In this document: in pieces, positions 36,742 through 42,976 of the stretch | How the letters are laid out: the number at the start of each line of letters is the position of its first letter | How positions within the stretch are numbered: position 1 is the stretch's first letter | IMG/VR virus record: IMGVR_UViG_3300029891_000006 | Coordinates: 1 to 42,976 of that record | Reading direction: 5' to 3' (one strand) | From: a virus | Taxonomy: Duplodnaviria > Caudoviricetes | DNA: 42,976 bases | The notes under the pieces: generated by a model | Seen by the model: only the letters and a program-made list of their open reading frames with translations | Databases searched by the model: none | Told to the model about the DNA's origin: nothing | Made by a program: the position numbers and the translations under genes

Positions 36742-37962
36742 GTGGCAGATGTCTTCATTATAGACGCTGAATTTGGGGCTGAAGCTGATATATATCCGCC
36801 CTTTATTATAAACGCTGAATTTAGGGCTGAATCTGGCGTAATTGCGGTAGTAACCATATATCCGCCCTTAGTTACGGATGCTAAATTTGGGGCTGCTGCT
36901 GGCATAACAGGGGCAGCCACGATATATCCAGCTTCACCGCCAAACCCTGCTCTTAACGTTACATTCCAAGTCAACAACACCACTATATGGGGAGAAGGGG
37001 GGATTGGAGGTTATCTTCCATGGACTAATATAGCAAACGCAGAATTTGGCGCTAAGATAGGCATAGAGGGACTCTTTGCTCTTTCTTTCGTAACTAACGT
37101 TTTTGGATTTTCAGTTTGCGAGGCAGGCATAAATGCAGACTTCTATGTTAATTTTCAACGTAATTTTGTAGCATGGTCGAAAATAGGAAGGCTTGATTTT
37201 ACCATAGATAGAACAAACGAAGCAGGAACAAGACCACTTGATTGGAAAGGCTTTGTCTATAGCGTTAAAAAACTCGGCAACAGGGTTATAGCTTATGGCG
37301 AAAATGGCGTAAGTATTTTAAATCCAGCAGGAACAGCATATGGTTTATCTACTATTTACAGGGTAGGCTTAAAGTCTAAAAATGCAGTAGCAGGCACAGA
37401 AAATGTGCATTGGTTTGTAGATAAGGGGGGGCAATTATGGGAATTATCCGAAGAACTGAAAAAACTTGATTACTCGGAATATTTATCAACTATGGGCGAT
37501 ATAACCTTGTCATATGATAAATTTAATAATGCTCTGTATATCTGTGATGGCTCTCAAGGATATATCTATCGGGATGGCAGCTTAGGAAAATGCTCTGTAA
37601 ATCTTACAGGAATTGATTCGCAATCAGGCGCATTGTATGTTGTGGCTGATACTGATATTAGCGTGCCTATTTTTGAGATATGCACGGACATATACGATAT
37701 GGGAACAAGAAAAGGCAAGACAATAACAGGGTTTGAAATCGGGACTAATTTGTCAGGCACATTATCGGCAGCCATAGATTACAGAAGGGATATGAAAAGT
37801 GAATTTATATGCACTCCTTGGCATTATATCCAAAAAGGTGGTAGAGTTTTTATGACTGCCTACGGAAGAGAATTTAGGTTTAGGGTAAAATCAAATGAGC
37901 CTTCTTGGGAATATTTTGAATTAGACTGGATAACAGTTATCGGAAAGGTTCATAATAGTTAG
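36742..37962 (+). CDS. Tail hub/DNA-stabilisation (gp10-like) C-terminal part with a repetitive N-terminal extension
   Basis: VAWSKIG, VIAYGENG, GLKSKNAV, GREFRFRV; four [D/N]A[E/K]F[G/R]A repeats at the N-terminus. Confidence 0.6.
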   Translation: MADVFIIDAEFGAEADIYPPFIINAEFRAESGVIAVVTIYPPLVTDAKFGAAAGITGAATIYPASPPNPALNVTFQVNNTTIWGEGGIGGYLPWTNIANAEFGAKIGIEGLFALSFVTNVFGFSVCEAGINADFYVNFQRNFVAWSKIGRLDFTIDRTNEAGTRPLDWKGFVYSVKKLGNRVIAYGENGVSILNPAGTAYGLSTIYRVGLKSKNAVAGTENVHWFVDKGGQLWELSEELKKLDYSEYLSTMGDITLSYDKFNNALYICDGSQGYIYRDGSLGKCSVNLTGIDSQSGALYVVADTDISVPIFEICTDIYDMGTRKGKTITGFEIGTNLSGTLSAAIDYRRDMKSEFICTPWHYIQKGGRVFMTAYGREFRFRVKSNEPSWEYFELDWITVIGKVHNS

Positions 37963-37977
37963 ATAGGAGAGAATTAA

Positions 37978-38421
37978 ATGCCGACTATGATAATAAAAAT
38001 ATTGCCAGTGCAAATCCCTCAGTTATGGGAAACAATAAAATTCGCCTTTAATCAGTCAGGTGAAATAAATAAAGAAGATATGCCATTCTATTTTAATGAA
38101 TTGCTTCATGCGTTATTAAGCGAGAAGGCTCAGTGTTGGCTACGGCTAAATGACGATAGAAACATTATGGCTTTAATGATTACACGTGTTTTAGTCGATA
38201 AATTTACAAATGTTAAGTCTCTTTTTATACAATCCTTATATTCATGGCAAGGGATTGAAGATAAAGAATGGCAGAATGATTTCCGTTTTTTAAAAGAGTT
38301 TGCAATACATAATCAATGTAAACATATTTCTTTTGATTCTAAAAACCCAAGAATATGGGAAGTTGCAGGATTAGTTGCATTTAAAGAAACTACCAGAAAA
38401 TTTATAAGAGAGGTAAATTAA
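37978..38421 (+). CDS. Small tail-region protein (position of P22 gp14, possibly GNAT-like)
   Basis: SD AGGAG; size and synteny. Confidence 0.5.
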   Translation: MPTMIIKILPVQIPQLWETIKFAFNQSGEINKEDMPFYFNELLHALLSEKAQCWLRLNDDRNIMALMITRVLVDKFTNVKSLFIQSLYSWQGIEDKEWQNDFRFLKEFAIHNQCKHISFDSKNPRIWEVAGLVAFKETTRKFIREVN

Positions 38422-38422
38422 A

Positions 38423-39292
38423 ATGGGCGGCGGCGGTAGTGAAAGTAGTGGCAAAACAGAAATAAGATATGCCCCATATATTGAGACGCAACACATGGGT
38501 TTTCTTTACAAAACAGCATATTATAGGGATGCAGCGTTAGCTACTAACCCTTTTGCTGATTTTTGTACCAATATACCGCTTGATGAAGCCTTTTTCGGAG
38601 CAGGTCATATTATTACCAGCTTCCCTGCCTTATACGATATGTATGGTAAATTCATGGCAGGACTTGATATAGAGGTGTTATTTAATCAGGAATTTGAAGC
38701 CAGCACCAGCGGGCCTATTATCAATAATCTTGTAGCAGCCAAGAATGTGCTTTTGCAAGACGAGATAGACGATGAGCTTACTAAATATTCAGTTGGCATG
38801 AGGGATTTGAACTCTGTTATGGCAAGCTCATTTGTTATAGGTAAAAGTATTATTCGTGGCGAAGGTGTTAAAAAGATAAGTGATTTTGATGCAGAACTCA
38901 GATACAAGATGATACCTGTTGCAGCGGATAGATGGAAAACACATCTTGATTGGAATAAAAGTGTGGTTGGGGTATACGCTGAATTAATGAAGCTATATTA
39001 CTCAGCCAAGATGGACATACAAGAAGAAAACTCTTCGATGTTAGCGAAAAAAATACTCTGGCCATTTACAGTACTTGAATATAATAGGGCAGCGCTGGGA
39101 GCGTTACAGGGGGCAACAAATACCAATGCAAGTATTGCAGGGGCTTCTAAGGCAAGTAAGGCGATAAGTGGGGCGTTAAGTGGGGCGGCTATGGGGGCTA
39201 TGGCAGGTGGTGCTATTAAGGGTTCAGCAGGTGGTCTTCCCGGTATGGTAATAGGTGCTGTGTTAGGTTTAGCAGGTGGACTTTTAAGTTAA
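38423..39292 (+). CDS. Ejection (DNA injection) protein
   Basis: MGGGGS N-terminus; Gly/Ala-rich hydrophobic C-terminus (glycine zipper). Confidence 0.7.
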   Translation: MGGGGSESSGKTEIRYAPYIETQHMGFLYKTAYYRDAALATNPFADFCTNIPLDEAFFGAGHIITSFPALYDMYGKFMAGLDIEVLFNQEFEASTSGPIINNLVAAKNVLLQDEIDDELTKYSVGMRDLNSVMASSFVIGKSIIRGEGVKKISDFDAELRYKMIPVAADRWKTHLDWNKSVVGVYAELMKLYYSAKMDIQEENSSMLAKKILWPFTVLEYNRAALGALQGATNTNASIAGASKASKAISGALSGAAMGAMAGGAIKGSAGGLPGMVIGAVLGLAGGLLS

Positions 39293-39302
39293 GGAGAATT
39301 TT

Positions 39303-40580
39303 ATGGACGAACTTTATAGTTTAAAGAGCAGACGCAAAAAGACTACTGAAGGCAATTCTTTATTGCAGGGAATCGGATCAACGCTTGTGCCTGACAATAG
39401 GCTAATATCTCCTCAGTCCGCTGCTGTAGAGACAGAAAGTGTTCAACCTACTGCTGTAAATAATTTATTAAAAATTGCAAGTATGTTTGGGAATCCCGCC
39501 ACATCGGGGAATGTGCCAATCTCGAATGTGGAAACTAACAATGCTTTGCTAAATATGCCTCAGCAAAAAATAGAGCAACCAGCGGCAGGCAGCTTATTGG
39601 ATTATTGGGCGAAGCCTGCTGTTGGCAAAATACCGTTAGACCAGTTTGTTCATGTTGCAGGTATGTTATCAAATGCGATTGCCCCTAATACGCCTATGGG
39701 TAGAGTAGGAGCAGGTCTATCACAATTAGGCGGCGCAATGTATGGTGAACGACTTAAACGTGAAGATGAAGTAAAAATTCCAACAGAGTGGGGGGCGTTT
39801 TATAAAGAACACAGAAATACTGTTAATCCGACAACAGGAAAGCCCTATACGATATTAGAGACACTAAAAGATTTTAAGGCACTTAATGCGACACCAAGAG
39901 AATTTGCTCCGGCAAATATATTATTTAAAAACGAAGCAACAGGTGAATCAACATATGTAAATAAAAATGACAATGAAAAGCTCAATGCATTGTTGAAATT
40001 AGGGTTTAGGGAAATTGAAAAGCCTGCCGATGTGGTGGATGAAAACAGGCCGTATTTTACAGAAGCGGCAGCTCGCTTTGCAAGTGAGGGTGATATGCCT
40101 CAAGCAGCTTTTTACGGAAGTTTGGCAGGTATGAAACCTTCGGATATTGCAGCTTTGACAGGCAAAGAACCCACAGCGCAATGGAAACTTATAAAAGACA
40201 AGACTTCAGGCACAGGATTTTCTTATCAGAATATGAGCAACCCTGCTGAAATTCGCCAAAATGCTGCTGAGCCGCCTACACTTGGGGCTACACAAGCGGC
40301 AAGCGCCAGACAGCAAGAAGGTTTTCAGCAGGAGGATAAGACAGCAATGAATAAGGAAATTGCTGCTTATACAGACAAATGGAGTAAGCGAAAAGATGGT
40401 ACGTATATTAACTGGTCAAGCGGAGTGCCAGTTAGAAAAACAGGAGCAGAGTATCAGCAGGGATTGGATGATATAAGAAATAAGTATGGTGTAATAACTT
40501 ATAGCAAAGAACCGATAGGCATGACATTTGAAGGCAAGCTTGTCTATCGTGGCAGTGATGGGAAAAATTACATAAAATGA
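39303..40580 (+). CDS. Internal virion/ejection protein
   Basis: SD AAGGAG; low-complexity helical sequence; synteny. Confidence 0.6.
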   Translation: MDELYSLKSRRKKTTEGNSLLQGIGSTLVPDNRLISPQSAAVETESVQPTAVNNLLKIASMFGNPATSGNVPISNVETNNALLNMPQQKIEQPAAGSLLDYWAKPAVGKIPLDQFVHVAGMLSNAIAPNTPMGRVGAGLSQLGGAMYGERLKREDEVKIPTEWGAFYKEHRNTVNPTTGKPYTILETLKDFKALNATPREFAPANILFKNEATGESTYVNKNDNEKLNALLKLGFREIEKPADVVDENRPYFTEAAARFASEGDMPQAAFYGSLAGMKPSDIAALTGKEPTAQWKLIKDKTSGTGFSYQNMSNPAEIRQNAAEPPTLGATQAASARQQEGFQQEDKTAMNKEIAAYTDKWSKRKDGTYINWSSGVPVRKTGAEYQQGLDDIRNKYGVITYSKEPIGMTFEGKLVYRGSDGKNYIK

Positions 40581-40590
40581 AGGGCCACCA

Positions 40591-42976
40591 ATGAGTTTTA
40601 AAGAATACACAGGAGAGGTATTACCCTTAGAGGGCTTGCCAAAAAACATAGAGAAAGTATTGCCCTTTAAGAGGGACATGATGACTGATAATTGGCAAGA
40701 ATACACAGGAGAGGTATTGCCCTTAGAGGACTTGCAAGAAAACACAAAAAAGGTATTGCCCTTTAAGAGGGACATGATGACTGAGCTTGGAACGGATATT
40801 GTAAGAGGAGCAGTCAGAGGGCTTGAGACAGACTTAAAAGCAGCAAGGGCAGGCGAAAAGCCTCCAACAGGCGATGTTGACTATTTAAAAGAAGCGGCTG
40901 GAATGGGCAAGAAGGCAGTATTTGGTATATCTGAAAATCTTGGAGCAGGCGTAAAGAAATTTGGTGAAGTTTTAACGGACATAATGAAGGAAGGAAAGGT
41001 TGGCAAGTATATAGGGCCTGCTATTGAAGGCGCAGGCAGAGAAGCAGAGCAGTTTTGGAAAGAAAAGAAAGAGGCTGTGCCAACTCAAGGTGCAGTTTTT
41101 ACAACTCCCTTAATAGAAGCAACGAGACAATTACAGGACTCTGACATTTTAAAACCACCTGAGAATTTAGGTGTAGGGCATCAAGCTGTAGAGGTTGTTA
41201 CGCATTCTTTGGCCAGTAGAATCCCCTTCGCATTAATAGGACTTATAAGAGGGGGGCAAGCAGGCGCTGTATCTAATGCAATAGCAGGTGGCGGCACTAT
41301 TTATGGGCTTGCTAAAAAAGATGAAATAATGGAGATTGGTCGTAAGTTAAGACCTGACATGCCAGAGAAGGAATTAGAAAAAATAGCAAATGCGGCTGGT
41401 CTTGTAGAAGGCACAGCCGAGACAGCATTGGATTTAATAGCAGGCAAACTTTTAGGGTTGCTTGGAGTAGGTGAAGCAGTTAAGGCGCCATTAAAAGAGA
41501 CATTAAAGAAAACGCTTAAAGGTTCTATCATTGAAATCCCTAAAAAAGTCTTTAAAAACTACGCCAAAGTATTGCCTGTAGAATTAACACAAGAAACTAT
41601 ACAGGCATGGGGAGATATACGGACATATAAAAAATTAAAATTGCCAACAGATGAAACACTCTTTGGTCATATGCCAGTTACCGCATTGTCAACTTTAATG
41701 TTTGCAGGACTTGGTGTAGGCGGCCAGAGGATACAAGCCAATAAACTTTTAAAAACCTTAGAAGACCCAAAAGCAGACCCTAATGAAAGAATGAATGCAG
41801 TTAATGGCATAGGCAAGTTTATATATGACCAAGATGCAGAATTAGGCAAGGATTGGTTGACAAAAAGCTATGCGGCAGTTTTGAATAAGCAAAAAATAGA
41901 TATAAATGCGCCAATCAGAACAGAGATATTTAAAGAATACACAGGTCATGCAGAGCCAATTCAGACAGGCCAGGCCGAGGCTGTAAAGCAGCAGCCAACA
42001 CGAAGGTCAGTAGCTACTCCTGTTACTAATATTCCAAAACAGATGCAGATGTTCGATGAGGAGGCAGAAGGCAGCAAAGTGTCTGAGAGAGAGCTTCCCA
42101 AAGAGCAAGAAACTGTGCAAGATACGCAAATTCCAAAGAGCATGTCAGAAATCAAGGTATCTCCAGCGATTGACATAACCCTTGAATCTATTAAAGCCAG
42201 ACGTGAGGCCAATATCCCATTGACCGAAGATGAAATATCGTTTTTAAATAAACAGCAGAAATCTCCTGCAGAGTTAAAAATAGAAGAACAGCAGATGAAA
42301 TTAGACAAAAGAGGGCTAACTATGTCGCCCGAGAAAATGGTGGATGACCAAAGCATTCACGGGATTGCTGAAGACCTTTATGACGGTAATATGAATAAGG
42401 TGCGGGAATCTATTGCTGACGCTACAAGCAGGGGGTATGACCCTAATGAGATTATGCACAATGTAAGGACTATTGCGAATGAATTAAACGCTGAGTCAAC
42501 GCTTGAGTCTAAATTAAGAAAAAAAGACAAGAAAGTAGTTATAGATAAGACTGTTGGAGATGAAGCTAATTGGACTACACTTCAAGAGCAATTTGGCAAA
42601 GGATTTACTGTTGGTTCAAAGGTGCAAATAGGTCGTTCTCCAAGAACATATACTATTGTTGAAATTCTAACGCCTACAGAAATTGAATTGAAAAATAATG
42701 AACAGTTTTACAAGATTAAAAATAATAATACAGGCGAAATTCAGACAATAGAATTTGGAGATATAAGAAAAAAGAAACAACCTCCTGATGTTAAGGCAAA
42801 ACAAGCATTGCCAGGATTTTTCATTAAAGAAACTAATATGCCGACTGAGGCTGAGTCAACGCTTGAGTCTAAATTAAGAAAAAAAGACAAGAAAGTAGTT
42901 ATAGATAAGACTGTTGGAGATGAAGCTAATTGGACTACACTTCAAGAGCAATTTGGCAAAGGATTTACTGTTGGTT
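40591..42976 (+). CDS. N-terminal part of the large polyvalent ejection protein (open at the contig end; omitted from the ORF track)
   Basis: ATG at 40591 in frame 1; no stop seen in the stretches read, and the ORF track lists no closed ORF here; reads into LKNNEQFYKIK, the start of ORF 1-4149. Confidence 0.85.
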   Translation, partial: MSFKEYTGEVLPLEGLPKNIEKVLPFKRDMMTDNWQEYTGEVLPLEDLQENTKKVLPFKRDMMTELGTDIVRGAVRGLETDLKAARAGEKPPTGDVDYLKEAAGMGKKAVFGISENLGAGVKKFGEVLTDIMKEGKVGKYIGPAIEGAGREAEQFWKEKKEAVPTQGAVFTTPLIEATRQLQDSDILKPPENLGVGHQAVEVVTHSLASRIPFALIGLIRGGQAGAVSNAIAGGGTIYGLAKKDEIMEIGRKLRPDMPEKELEKIANAAGLVEGTAETALDLIAGKLLGLLGVGEAVKAPLKETLKKTLKGSIIEIPKKVFKNYAKVLPVELTQETIQAWGDIRTYKKLKLPTDETLFGHMPVTALSTLMFAGLGVGGQRIQANKLLKTLEDPKADPNERMNAVNGIGKFIYDQDAELGKDWLTKSYAAVLNKQKIDINAPIRTEIFKEYTGHAEPIQTGQAEAVKQQPTRRSVATPVTNIPKQMQMFDEEAEGSKVSERELPKEQETVQDTQIPKSMSEIKVSPAIDITLESIKARREANIPLTEDEISFLNKQQKSPAELKIEEQQMKLDKRGLTMSPEKMVDDQSIHGIAEDLYDGNMNKVRESIADATSRGYDPNEIMHNVRTIANELNAESTLESKLRKKDKKVVIDKTVGDEANWTTLQEQFGKGFTVGSKVQIGRSPRTYTIVEILTPTEIELKNNEQFYKIKNNNTGEIQTIEFGDIRKKKQPPDVKAKQALPGFFIKETNMPTEAESTLESKLRKKDKKVVIDKTVGDEANWTTLQEQFGKGFTVG
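40601..40784 (+). repeat. 2 x 96-bp in-frame repeat
   Basis: EYTGEVLPLE...KVLPFKRDMMT twice. Confidence 0.9.
42490..42976 (+). repeat. 360-bp (120-aa) tandem repeat that breaks the assembly
   Basis: 42850-42976 is identical to 42490-42616 (127 bp). Confidence 0.95.

Noticed and set aside
54-42356. Numerous short antisense or overlapping ORFs in the track (e.g. 54-314, 7180-7572, 22256-22691, 41961-42356)
   Set aside because: They are shadow frames of well-supported genes and lack SDs or motifs.
42688-42976. True direct terminal repeat
   Set aside because: The matches are exactly 127 bp at both ends and lie inside an intragenic tandem repeat, typical of a de Bruijn assembly break.
1-42976. 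tRNA/rRNA genes, IS elements, integrase or attP
   Set aside because: No cloverleaf, transposase or recombinase motifs were seen by eye; tRNAscan-SE and HMM searches are needed to confirm absence.

Overview
Near-complete ~43 kb genome of a P22-like podovirus. The spanin pair points to a diderm host. No integrase, CI repressor, reverse transcriptase, tRNA or CRISPR array was seen. The + strand carries terS (23710), a 1.7 kb repeat-filled gap, terL, P22-type portal/scaffold/coat/adaptor, an apparently split gp10-like tail hub, ejection proteins and a ~2200 aa polyvalent protein that wraps across the contig ends. These are followed by tail/decoration genes and a lysis cassette (4.2-9.2 kb). A leftward replication operon (Cro-like, initiator, primase-helicase, RusA) and a rightward recombination operon diverge from twin back-to-back promoters at 15.3 kb. 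A leftward early operon runs from 23.7 to 17.7 kb. Main observations: (1) two families of 47-aa/141-bp beta-propeller repeats, each at two or three distant loci that share near-identical DNA tracts and differ in short hypervariable loops, suggesting RT-independent blade shuffling, with one tail-type propeller copied into the early operon; (2) a DNA methyltransferase built as an integron gene cassette (58-bp attC over its stop codon) beside the remnant of another methylase; (3) an inverted, iteron-amplified copy of part of the initiator gene 4 kb away; (4) three tandem arrays between terS and terL; (5) five promoters with identical leaderless geometry. All protein calls are motif recognition by eye, not database searches.
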